From Myxococcales bacterium (GTDB taxonomy: Bacteria; Myxococcota_A; Polyangia; JAHFDS01), in NCBI GenBank assembly GCA_023248855.1, contig JAHFDS010000004.1:27876-91875 (forward strand): DNA of 64,000 bases. Reading direction: 5' to 3'. A program made the translations under genes and the position numbers. Positions 42,626-51,552 of this stretch are shown in pieces; position 1 is the first letter of the stretch, and every line of letters begins with the position of its first letter. Below the pieces are notes generated by a model that worked only from the letters and a program-made list of their open reading frames with translations, ran no database searches and had not been told where the DNA came from.

Positions 42626-43618
42626 TCAGCGGGCGCCGCGCAGCTCGCTCGGGGTCTGGCCGGTCCACCTGCGGAAGGCGCGCAGGAATGCGCTGAGCTC
42701 GGCATAGCCGCACAGGTACGCGATCTCGCCGAGCGGCAGTGCGCACTCCATCACACGCGCGCGCGCCAGCTCCTCGCGTACGTCGTCGATCAGCCCCTGC
42801 CAGCTCGTGCCCTCCTCGGCCAGCCGACGCTGGAACGTGCGCGGGCTCATGCGAAGGGCCGCCGCGGTCTCGACCAGCGTCGGCACGCCGCCCGGGAGAC
42901 GCGCCTGTACCCAGCTCCGAACGCGGCCCAGGAAGCGGCTCGGCGCGGTGCGCGACGCCAGCTCGACCTCCGCGTGGCGATCGAGGATGGAGAGCAGGTG
43001 CGGGTCGGCGGTGACGAGCGGTGCGTCGAGCGCCAGGCGCGGCAGCGCGACGCCGTTCCTGCCCGCGCCAAACTCCAGGCGGGTCGTGCCGAACACGCGC
43101 TCGAGCTCGTCCACGCGCGCTGGCCGGTGGTGCGCGAGCCACACCTGCTCCGGCACGCAGGCCTCGCCGGACAGCTGCCGGGCGTGATGGAGCAAGAGCG
43201 CGACGAAGAACTCGTTGGCCTGCCGGCCCAGGCACCCGGGCCAACCGGGGATGCTCTGCTGGACCACGCCCGTACCGTCGCCCTCCTCGAACGTCACGAC
43301 GACGACCTCGTTCAGGAGCGAGATGTAGCGCACGATTCGACGCATGGCCTCGCGCAGCGTGGGTGCGCTGCGGCACGCAAACTCGACGACGCCGTAGGTG
43401 CCACGATCGAGGCCCATCGCCACATGGGCACCCAGGAACGGATCGCCCGCGGCGTCGGCGGCCGCGGCCAGCAACACGTCCAGCCTGCCGAGCGGCAGCG
43501 TCACCTCGGGGGCCTCCAGCACCTCGACGGGTAGCCCGAAGCGCTCGATCAGGGTGTCCGGCTCGCCGCCGGCGGATCGCACGGCGAGCAGAAACGGACG
43601 CACCAGCTGTGAGCGCAT
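42626..43618 (-). CDS. AraC-family transcriptional regulator
   Basis: C-terminal double HTH: TLVETAAALRMSPRTFQRRLAEEGTSWQGLIDDVR...IAYLCGYAELSAFLRAFRRWTGQTPSELR. Start taken at MRSQLVRP (43618); an upstream ATG at 43708 is also possible. Confidence 0.85.
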   Translation of the reverse strand: MRSQLVRPFLLAVRSAGGEPDTLIERFGLPVEVLEAPEVTLPLGRLDVLLAAAADAAGDPFLGAHVAMGLDRGTYGVVEFACRSAPTLREAMRRIVRYISLLNEVVVVTFEEGDGTGVVQQSIPGWPGCLGRQANEFFVALLLHHARQLSGEACVPEQVWLAHHRPARVDELERVFGTTRLEFGAGRNGVALPRLALDAPLVTADPHLLSILDRHAEVELASRTAPSRFLGRVRSWVQARLPGGVPTLVETAAALRMSPRTFQRRLAEEGTSWQGLIDDVREELARARVMECALPLGEIAYLCGYAELSAFLRAFRRWTGQTPSELRGAR

Positions 43619-43743
43619 CGCGGGTTCGGCGGGACGGCGCGGCATGGCGATCGCTGCGGCTCGGAGGGGACCGGATCGTATCATGCGAGCTCGGCGCGCC
43701 AGCGCCACGGACGTCCGGTGGGATCCACGGTACTCTACGACCA

Positions 43744-44520
43744 GTGGCGCTGGACGAGCTTTATCGGGACGGGTGCGCGGCCTGGCAGACGGTGACGCTC
43801 CCGTTCGATCGCTACGCCACCTTCGTGCTCGAGCGCTTTCCAGCCGAGCTGCCGCCGCCGGAACGGGGCCCCGACCTCTTCATCGCCTGCGCTTGCGCGG
43901 GCGGAGACCAGCGCGCGATTGCAGAGCTCGACCGTCGCTGTGCCGGCAAGCTGGTCGCCTCGGTCGGGTTCCTCGCGCTCGCCCGGGCCCAGGTCGATGA
44001 GGCCATGCAAGAGCTACGGTGCAAGCTCTTCACCGGCGACGGGGAGATGGGACCTCGCATCGCGGACTATGCAGGTCGAGGCGACCTCGAGCGCTGGCTG
44101 CACGCGGCGATGGTGCGCACGACCCTGAGCCTATTGCGCAAGACACGCCACGAGGTCCTCGTGGGCGAGGTCTTCCCAGAGGACGTCGTGGACGACGCGG
44201 AGCTGCGGATCCTCAAGCAGCGCTACGGGAGCCAGTTCCGCGTGGCGGTCGGCGAGGCGTTCGCGCGGCTCCGGTTGCGCGAACGCAATCTCTTGCGCCA
44301 TCACGTGCTCGATCGATTGAGCATCGACGAGCTCGGGACCCTCTACGCCGTCCACCGGTCGACCGCCGCGCGCTGGCTCGAGCGCGCCCGCGAGTCGTTG
44401 AAGCAGGAGACGCTCGCCATCCTGCTCGATCGCCTGGGCGTGACCGACACCGAGCTCCAGAGCATCTTGCGGCTCATCCAGAGCCAGCTCGACGTGACGC
44501 TCGCGGAGGGCCCCCTCTAG
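43744..44520 (+). CDS. ECF-like sigma-70-family factor (kinase-associated type)
   Basis: GTG 43744 is in frame with track ORF 43021..44520, whose first 240 aa are Arg/Pro noise. Region-2-like GDQRAIAELDRRC...RWLHAAMVRTTLSLLRK. Region-4-like RERNLLRHHVLDRLSIDELGTLYAVHRSTAARWLERARESL. Confidence 0.7.
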   Translation: MALDELYRDGCAAWQTVTLPFDRYATFVLERFPAELPPPERGPDLFIACACAGGDQRAIAELDRRCAGKLVASVGFLALARAQVDEAMQELRCKLFTGDGEMGPRIADYAGRGDLERWLHAAMVRTTLSLLRKTRHEVLVGEVFPEDVVDDAELRILKQRYGSQFRVAVGEAFARLRLRERNLLRHHVLDRLSIDELGTLYAVHRSTAARWLERARESLKQETLAILLDRLGVTDTELQSILRLIQSQLDVTLAEGPL

Positions 44521-47500
44521 TCACGTCGGTATCAGCGCGCGCGTGAGCGCCGCCGGGTGCTCGACTCCGAGACCCGCGAGCGCGTGATCCGCCTCCGCGA
44601 TCGGGCAGGGGCCGAGGTCCAACAGCGCGCAGCGGTGGCGCCTCGCCAGTAGCGCGTGCAACGGCATCTCGTGCGCCGAGAAGCCCTCCTCCGCCCCCTC
44701 GAGCTCGGCGGCTGCGCACGCCCGGTCACCACGGCGAGACGCCAGCCCGGCGCGCACGCAGGCGGACATGGCGGCGCTGCCAGGGAAGGCCATTCGCTCG
44801 AGCGTCCGGCCGTCGCGCGCGGCATGCCGGTGGTCGCCCGCCGCCAGGAGGGCGCACGCGCGCAGGGCGAGGAGCTCGTACCGGACGAACGCGATTCGCA
44901 GCGCACCGGCGCTCCGCAGCGCGGGCCAGCGGCGCATGAGCGCGCTCCGGGCGGCGCTGGCGCGCCCGGCGTGGAGCAGCGCACGCACGACCGATAGATC
45001 GCCGACGTGTTGCGTCGCCATGCCCGGCCACCGCTCCTGCGCCTCGCGCGCGTCCTCCAGCACCTCGTCGGGTCGATCGCGCATCAGCTGCAGCACGCTC
45101 GCGTTGCCCGTCAAGAGAGCCGCGATGGAGGCCTGATTGCCGCGCGCGCGCGCGTCCTCCAGCATGGGCGGCACGCGGCGGGCGATCTCGGGCAAATCGC
45201 CGCCGTGGAACAGGCACAGAAACAGGTAGACACGGTTGGCGGACAGCTCCCAGCCCGACGTGACCTCGAGCAGAATGCGCTCGCCGCGCTCCCCGTCGGC
45301 TCGCCCGCGTCGCCACTCGCCCTGCAGGGTCGCGGCGATTCCCGCGATGGTCCACACGGTGCCCAGAGTACGCCGGTCCCCGGACTGCTCGGCGATTGCG
45401 ACGGCTCGCTCGAGGATCGGGCGCACCCGCGGACCGCGACCCGGCGCCCAAAGGGACCGGAACGCGCCCTCGAGGGCCAGCGCGTGCGCGACGTGGCGCG
45501 CGTCGCCGAGGTCGAGAGCCCGGCGCAGGTGCTCGCTCTGTAGCGCGGCGCCGGTCATCGCGTCGGCGCGCGTGAAGGCGGTGGTCGCCGTCAGGCAGAC
45601 CTCGAGCGCCAGGCGTTTCGCGGGACCGATTTGCTCCGGAGCGCGCAGCTCGAAATCGAGCCCGCGTAGCCGCATGCGCAGGCGGTTCCAGGCCAGATGC
45701 CAGAGTGCGGAGCGTGGCCCGGCTGGCGCCCGGATCCCCACCGCCTCGAGCGTGTCCCGCATGAGCGCGAGCCCCTCGTCGGTGCGTCCGCCATGCAGCA
45801 GCTCCTGGGCGGCGTGACCTTGGTGAGCCACGCGTTCGGCGAGCGAGCTCGCCCGCAATGCGGCCTCGCGATACGCCGCCGCGGCATCGTCCACCCGACC
45901 TTCCGAAGCCAGCGCTCGCCCGAGGTCGTCCCAGGGCCCCGCGTCGCGCTGTCCTCCCGCTTCGCGGAGATCCACCACCCGGCGGTAGAGGCGGCTCGCA
46001 CGCCCGAACGCCAGCGTGGACATGGCCTGCTGCGCCGCCTGGTCGTAGCGCAGGAGCGCATCCGCCACCTCCCCGGCCCGGTCGTGGTGCAGACCCACCG
46101 ATGCGTCGTCGGCGCCTTCCCAGGTCGCGAGCGCACGCGCCAGCGCACCATGCAACCGCGCGCGGTGCGCGCTCGCCAACCCGGCCACCACCGCCTGCCG
46201 GATCCGGTCGTGCGCCGGTTGCACCAGGCCGGACTCGGCGGCGTCTGCTGCGCGGATGAGGTGCGCGAGCTGCAGCTCGCGGAACGGATCGCGGCCGGCA
46301 TGCGGCGGGCGCGCCGCCTGCCTTGCGATGGTGCGCGGCAGCGGCTGGTCCGCGAGCGCGATGACATCGAGCACGATCCGGGCAGCCGTGGGAAGCCCTT
46401 CGATTCGCGCCTGGATGGCCGCCTCGAGCGAGATCTCGGTGACACGCTGGGGGCCCCGGGATCCGGCTCGCAGATAATGCACGAGCTGGGCCGCAAACAG
46501 CGGGCTGCCCCCGGCCTGACGGGCGATCGACGCCGCGAGGGCCCGCAGCGAGGGTGCCTCGGTGGCCAGGAGCCGGTCGACCAGGTGCGAGGTGGTCCCT
46601 GCGGTGAGCCGCCCCACACGGACGCTCGAGACGCTCGGGGCGCGCCGCAGGAAGGCTTCGACTCCTGTTCCGTCGGCCTCGGCGTCGCGGTAGCTCACCA
46701 CGCACAAGATCGGTGTCGCCGCGACCCGCAGCAGGTCACCGAGCATGGCTGCCCCGTCGTCGTCGCCCCACTGCAGATCGTCCACCCACAGGACGAGGGG
46801 CCCCTGACGAGGCAGCTCGCGTAGCAGGATGGCCAGCGCCTCGGTCGCCTGGCGCCGAAGCTCGTCCGGGTCGATCACCGTGCAGGGCGTCGCGTCGCGT
46901 GCGAACGGCGAGCGCCCGAGCACCGGGAAGAGCCGCACCAGCGCGGACACGTGCTGGGCCGGCAGGCGCGGCGCCGCTTCCGTGGGCTTGTCCGAGAGCC
47001 GCTCGGCCAGCGCGTCGATGATCCCGTCGAGGGTCCGGTGCGGGATGGTCTCGCGCGCGCAACAGCGGCCGCACAGCGCGATCACCTGGTGCAATCGCGC
47101 GGATTGCTCGAGGAAGCGCTCGATGAGCGAGGTCTTGCCGATCCCCGACTCACCGTGTACGGCCACGACACGCACGGCGCCCCGCCGGCTGTCCTCGAAT
47201 GCGTCGCTTAGCGCGGCCAGCTCGCGCTCACGCCCGACGAAGATCCCTTCCGGCCGCGGATCGACGGCGCTCCCGGTCCGCGACTCGAGCTCGCGGAGCA
47301 CCTCGCTGGCGCTCGGCCGGTCCACAGGCGTGGGCGACAGGAGGCGCACGCACAGCGCCGCCAGATCCGCCGGAAGGGCGGGGCTCCGTAGCGCGGGTAA
47401 CGGCGGCACGGCTTGCTTGCGGGCCCACATCTCCGTGGCGCCGAACGGCAGCTCCCCGCAAAGGAGCTCGTAGAGGGTCACGCCCACCGCGTAGAGGTCG

Positions 47501-48342
47501 CTCGCCGGCGTCGGGCCGCCCGTGACCTGCTCGGGTGCCATGTAGGCCAGCGTCCCGCCACGACCGGCGTCGCGGCCCTGCACGATCGACAGGCCGAAAT
47601 CGAGCAGGACCAGCCGACCCTCCGGCTCCACCATGACGTTCGCGGGCTTGATGTCGCCATGCAATCGCCCGTGGCGATGCACCTCATCGATCGCGCGCAC
47701 GAGCTGGACGAGGGCCCTTCTGAGGCGGTCGAGCTGGGCTGGCGTCCGTGGCTGTGGGAGCGACCGCCGCGGCGCCTGCACACCGATCGTGGGGTCGTCC
47801 TGCAGCGCGCCAGCGACGGTGAGCAGCGTGCTCGCCCCTGGGGCAAGGCCCGGCACAGGCGGCGCTCCGACCGGCGGCGCGCCGATGACGTAGTCTCCGA
47901 TACCGCAGCCCCTCACGAGCTCCATGGTGAAGAACCAGGTCTCGCCGAGCGACAGGAGCTCGTAGAGCGCCGCGATGTTCGGGTGCGCCAGATCGGCGAG
48001 CGCGCGGAACTCGCGCTTGAGGGCCAGCAAGTGACCGGCCTCCGGGCGGCGCAGGACCTTGAGCGCCACCTCGGCGCCGCTCGCACGGTCCACGGCCCGA
48101 TAGACGATACCCGTCGCACCCGCGCCGAGCAGCGCCGTCAGGTCAAAGCGCGCGTCGAGGTCCCCTGCCGCCTGTGGCGGTGGGGCGGGCGCCGCGCGCC
48201 CACGCGCCAGCGCGGCCACAAGGACCCGACACACTGCACACGTATCGATGTGGAGCTCGACCCTCGCGCGGGTCGTCTCGTCGCCGGCACCCTGGGCAAA
48301 CGCCTCGGCCGCGTTTTCATCGAGGCAATCGGCGCCCTCCAC
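44521..48342 (-). CDS. Ser/Thr protein kinase with N-terminal zf-HC2 (anti-sigma-like) motif, AAA/NTPase domain and long helical-repeat tail
   Basis: HIDTCAVCRVLV (H-x3-C-x2-C, 48215..48255). Kinase motifs GAGATGIVYRA, VALK, HGDIKPANVMV, DFGLS, GTLAYMAPE. P-loop VHGESGIGKTSL. Confidence 0.92.
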   Translation of the reverse strand: MEGADCLDENAAEAFAQGAGDETTRARVELHIDTCAVCRVLVAALARGRAAPAPPPQAAGDLDARFDLTALLGAGATGIVYRAVDRASGAEVALKVLRRPEAGHLLALKREFRALADLAHPNIAALYELLSLGETWFFTMELVRGCGIGDYVIGAPPVGAPPVPGLAPGASTLLTVAGALQDDPTIGVQAPRRSLPQPRTPAQLDRLRRALVQLVRAIDEVHRHGRLHGDIKPANVMVEPEGRLVLLDFGLSIVQGRDAGRGGTLAYMAPEQVTGGPTPASDLYAVGVTLYELLCGELPFGATEMWARKQAVPPLPALRSPALPADLAALCVRLLSPTPVDRPSASEVLRELESRTGSAVDPRPEGIFVGRERELAALSDAFEDSRRGAVRVVAVHGESGIGKTSLIERFLEQSARLHQVIALCGRCCARETIPHRTLDGIIDALAERLSDKPTEAAPRLPAQHVSALVRLFPVLGRSPFARDATPCTVIDPDELRRQATEALAILLRELPRQGPLVLWVDDLQWGDDDGAAMLGDLLRVAATPILCVVSYRDAEADGTGVEAFLRRAPSVSSVRVGRLTAGTTSHLVDRLLATEAPSLRALAASIARQAGGSPLFAAQLVHYLRAGSRGPQRVTEISLEAAIQARIEGLPTAARIVLDVIALADQPLPRTIARQAARPPHAGRDPFRELQLAHLIRAADAAESGLVQPAHDRIRQAVVAGLASAHRARLHGALARALATWEGADDASVGLHHDRAGEVADALLRYDQAAQQAMSTLAFGRASRLYRRVVDLREAGGQRDAGPWDDLGRALASEGRVDDAAAAYREAALRASSLAERVAHQGHAAQELLHGGRTDEGLALMRDTLEAVGIRAPAGPRSALWHLAWNRLRMRLRGLDFELRAPEQIGPAKRLALEVCLTATTAFTRADAMTGAALQSEHLRRALDLGDARHVAHALALEGAFRSLWAPGRGPRVRPILERAVAIAEQSGDRRTLGTVWTIAGIAATLQGEWRRGRADGERGERILLEVTSGWELSANRVYLFLCLFHGGDLPEIARRVPPMLEDARARGNQASIAALLTGNASVLQLMRDRPDEVLEDAREAQERWPGMATQHVGDLSVVRALLHAGRASAARSALMRRWPALRSAGALRIAFVRYELLALRACALLAAGDHRHAARDGRTLERMAFPGSAAMSACVRAGLASRRGDRACAAAELEGAEEGFSAHEMPLHALLARRHRCALLDLGPCPIAEADHALAGLGVEHPAALTRALIPT

Positions 48343-48387
48343 GCTCCTCGATGATAGCCGCGCGGAGCCACGTTCGCGCTGGGGCCG

Positions 48388-49524
48388 CTACGCATCCAGG
48401 CGGCGCAGCACCTCGAGCAGGAAGGTCACGGTGTCGTCGAGCGCCGCCTCGGCAATGCGGGATCGGTTGTCCCTCGCGGAGTGCAGGTGGCGTGTGAACG
48501 AGTGGTCCGGGGTGTCACCCATCACGGTCAGCGCAGGGATCTCGTGCGCCAGGAACGAGCGGGCGTCCGTCACGCCGGAGTACCAGGTGACGTGGATGGG
48601 TAGCTGCGTGCGAGCGCGGTGGGCCTCGTCCGCGCGGGCCAGGAGGAAGGGATCCGGGGGGTACCTCCGGAAGGTCGACTGCTCGGCGCCGAACACAGCG
48701 AATCGGCTCGCGGCGCCCATGCCCTCGAGGTTGATGACCCGGATGGGCAGCGATCGCGCCGCCAGCGCCTGCTCGGCGTAGCGCCAGGAGCCCTGCACAC
48801 CCTCCTCCTCGCCCGACAGCCAAACGAAGCGCACAGCCGTGTGCGCAAGGGGCGCAGCGGCCAGTCGCTTTGCCAGCTGGACCAGGACCGCGCACGAGCC
48901 GCCATTGTCCAGGGCACCGTGGCTGCGCCCGGACGCCACGACGCCGCCGCACAGCACGACGAAGCCGCCGATGCCCTGCACGACCACGATGCGGCCCACC
49001 CATCGTGCCAGCTTGCCGCCGGGGCGGCGGCGGGCCCACAACGCGCCCCCGAGCGCGAGCAGGGCGACGGGCAACGCCAGAATGGCGATCGGGGCGCGCT
49101 CGACGTGATCGAGAAGGTCCGTCTTGGTATCGTAGTGAGCGGTAACTAGCAGGAGGCTCTTCGGCTGGGCGGGCCCGATCTCGGCGATCACATGCTGCGC
49201 GGGGGCAGAGCCGCCCATCCAGCCCAGGACGGGGATGCACCAATCGAGCTCGACGATCACCATGCCCGGCACCAGCACCGCCAGGGCCAGCGCCACCGTG
49301 GACCAATGACGGCGGAGCGCGACCGCGTACGCGATGGCCTGCAAGAGCGCCACGACTCCGATGACGCCGAGTCGGTGGGGATACGCCACGTACTCGAAGG
49401 TCCGGGACTCGATTCCGGCGTGGGACAGCACCTCGCGTAGGAACGTGGCCGTGTCGTACAGCGCCGCCGTGCCGTTCTCTCGCGGCCGATCGGCCAGCAT
49501 CCGCAGGAGCTCGTCCCACCCCAT
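48388..49524 (-). CDS. Membrane-embedded M28-family metallopeptidase
   Basis: Motifs LLVTAHYDT, HGALDNGGSCAV, WLSGEEEGVQGS and a late His. Hydrophobic segments are interspersed. Confidence 0.8.
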   Translation of the reverse strand: MGWDELLRMLADRPRENGTAALYDTATFLREVLSHAGIESRTFEYVAYPHRLGVIGVVALLQAIAYAVALRRHWSTVALALAVLVPGMVIVELDWCIPVLGWMGGSAPAQHVIAEIGPAQPKSLLLVTAHYDTKTDLLDHVERAPIAILALPVALLALGGALWARRRPGGKLARWVGRIVVVQGIGGFVVLCGGVVASGRSHGALDNGGSCAVLVQLAKRLAAAPLAHTAVRFVWLSGEEEGVQGSWRYAEQALAARSLPIRVINLEGMGAASRFAVFGAEQSTFRRYPPDPFLLARADEAHRARTQLPIHVTWYSGVTDARSFLAHEIPALTVMGDTPDHSFTRHLHSARDNRSRIAEAALDDTVTFLLEVLRRLDA

Positions 49525-49769
49525 CGTGCGCCCTCCGCCTACATCATAGGACGATGCAGCCGAGGCCGCGAGGTCCGGCAGGCTTCGCCGGGTCTACCTG
49601 CGCGATCGGCGGCCCGCTGCCTTCTCGGCCGACGTGAAATCCACTGCTTTGGAAATCTCCGAGCCGTTGCCGACGTGGCACAGCGTCTGCACCGGGTGTG
49701 TTCGTTCCCTAACCGTTGCGACAATCGGCAACTCGCGGCGTCTTAGGTTCACGGACCGGAGGGACTCAA

Positions 49770-50744
49770 ATGGCGCAACCCGCAGCGATGACGATGGACT
49801 GGCCCGCGCCGACGACGGCGAGACCGCGGGCGGCTCATCTTCGTGAAGTGCCCCCCGACCCCGCGCCGGCGCCCGGCCGCGCGGGCCTGCTCCTGGTCGA
49901 GGACGACCCGTGTCTTCGCGAGATGCTCGAGTACGCGCTCACCATCCAGGGCCACGACGTGCGCACCGCGGGGGACGGCGCCGCTGCGCTGACCCTGCTC
50001 GAACAAGGCCTGCCGGAGCTGGTCCTCACCGACCTCCAGATGCCCCGGATGGACGGGCTGTCGTTATTGTCCGAGCTGCGGAGCCGGGACGCCACCCGGC
50101 ATCTGCCGGTGATCATGCTGTCTGGCTGCGGGGAGGTCGCGCTCAGAGTGGCCGCCCTCGACCTCGGCGCCAACGACTTTCTCGACAAGCCGCCGCGGCT
50201 CGAGGAGCTCTTCGCCCGCGTGCGGAGCCTCCTGCGTTCCGCTCGCGAGACCCGGGCGTGGCGCGAGGCGTCGGTGCGCGACGCGCTGACGGGGCTCGCC
50301 AATCGGCGCGCGCTGCTCGACCATCTTCAGCGCGAGCTGGCGCGCTCAGGCCGCGAGGAAATGCCGATCTCGCTGCTGTTGATCGACGTCGACCGCTTCA
50401 AGTCCATCAATGACAGGTATGGCCACATCACCGGGGATCGCGTGCTACGCGCCTGCGCGGACACGCTGGCGCGATGTGTGCGCCCATACGACCTGGTGGC
50501 ACGGCTGGCCGGCGACGAGTTCGTGGTGGTCTTGCCCGGAGCCAACCGGCTGGATGCGGAGAGGGTGGCGGCGCGCATCCGACTGGCTTGCCACCTGATG
50601 GCGCCCGACGGCATACCCGAGCCCATCGGCCTTTCCATTGGCGCGGCGACCGCGCCGGCACGCGATCGCTCGGAGCCAGGCATCGACCCCGCATTCCTGC
50701 TCGAGGAGGCCGACCAGGCCATGTACGCCCACAAGTCTCGGTGA
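49770..50744 (+). CDS. Response regulator - GGDEF diguanylate-cyclase-type protein (A-site reads AGDEF)
   Basis: ATG 49770 with ggaggga upstream. Receiver LLLVEDD...LVLTDLQMPRMDG. GGDEF domain DALTGLANRR...LLLIDVDRFKSINDRYGH.GD...RPYDLVARLAGDEFVVVLPG (RxxD-x5 I-site pattern present). Confidence 0.88.
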   Translation: MAQPAAMTMDWPAPTTARPRAAHLREVPPDPAPAPGRAGLLLVEDDPCLREMLEYALTIQGHDVRTAGDGAAALTLLEQGLPELVLTDLQMPRMDGLSLLSELRSRDATRHLPVIMLSGCGEVALRVAALDLGANDFLDKPPRLEELFARVRSLLRSARETRAWREASVRDALTGLANRRALLDHLQRELARSGREEMPISLLLIDVDRFKSINDRYGHITGDRVLRACADTLARCVRPYDLVARLAGDEFVVVLPGANRLDAERVAARIRLACHLMAPDGIPEPIGLSIGAATAPARDRSEPGIDPAFLLEEADQAMYAHKSR

Positions 50745-50931
50745 CCCGCCCCTCGGCGGTCGCCACGCGTACGCGTCACCGCTGCCCCGCGACAATGGCA
50801 CTCCTCACAATCCTGCTCGCAGCGCCGCCCCGTGGGCCGGCTCCGCGCTGATCTCCTTTGGCCGACTGCAACCCATCGAGTTTGCAGGGCCGCCGCGACA
50901 TTTGTTCGCTCGCGGCGTCTTGTCGATCGAG

Positions 50932-51552
50932 ATGGATAACGGTGTACCGCTTGACCGATCCGACCCGGGCCGGCGCTTGCTCGGGAAACCGGACCCGCAC
51001 GATGAGCGAACGGACCTTGCGGCTGGGGGCTTGCTGCGGGTGCTCGAGGCGCTCGATCGCGGCGTCCTCCTTGTGGAGGCCGGTGGCAGGGTACGATTCG
51101 CAAATGCGCTGGCCCGACAGGCCATGGACCAGCTCGGCGGAACGGGGTCCCTGATCCCTGCCGCGCTGGCCCGTGCCATCGAAGAGGAGGCGGAGGCGCC
51201 CCCCGAGGGCTTCAGCCAAACCGTCAAGGTGGAGGCCACCCGGACGGCGCAGTACGACATGCGCTGGAGATCGATGCCAGGGGGACATCGGCTCGTCGTG
51301 CTGTCTCCGGCCAGGGCGAGCCGCGCCGCGCTCATCGAGCAGCTGCGCCAGCAGTTCGGCGCGACCCTGCAGGAGGCCAGGATCGCGCTCCTGATCCGGG
51401 AGGGCCTGTCGAACCAGGAGATCGCCGATCACCTCGGGCTCTCCCAGTCGACCGTGAAGACCTATGTCAGCCGCCTATTCGTCGCCTGCAACATCCGCAC
51501 GCGCACCAGGCTCATCGTGCTGCTCGATCAGATCTCGCCCCGAGCCGCGTGA
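50932..51552 (+). CDS. LuxR-family transcriptional regulator
   Basis: ATG 50932 is in frame with track ORF 50638... C-terminal HTH LQEARIALLIREGLSNQEIADHLGLSQSTVKTYVSRLF. Confidence 0.8.
   Translation: MDNGVPLDRSDPGRRLLGKPDPHDERTDLAAGGLLRVLEALDRGVLLVEAGGRVRFANALARQAMDQLGGTGSLIPAALARAIEEEAEAPPEGFSQTVKVEATRTAQYDMRWRSMPGGHRLVVLSPARASRAALIEQLRQQFGATLQEARIALLIREGLSNQEIADHLGLSQSTVKTYVSRLFVACNIRTRTRLIVLLDQISPRAA

Noticed and set aside
41367-43376. 669-aa minus-strand ORF spanning the DJ-1 and AraC region; likewise 44726..46705, 9123..10694, 14934..16439, 56068..57615, 57663..59675, 61020..62432, 3270..4061, 4787..5929 and 6984..8198
   Set aside because: All are off-frame or antisense to genes with clear family motifs and have the characteristic Arg/Ala/Pro-rich composition.
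43021-43743. N-terminal 240 codons of ORF 43021..44520
   Set aside because: The sequence is Arg/Pro/Ala noise antisense to the AraC gene. Sigma-factor-like sequence begins only at GTG 43744.
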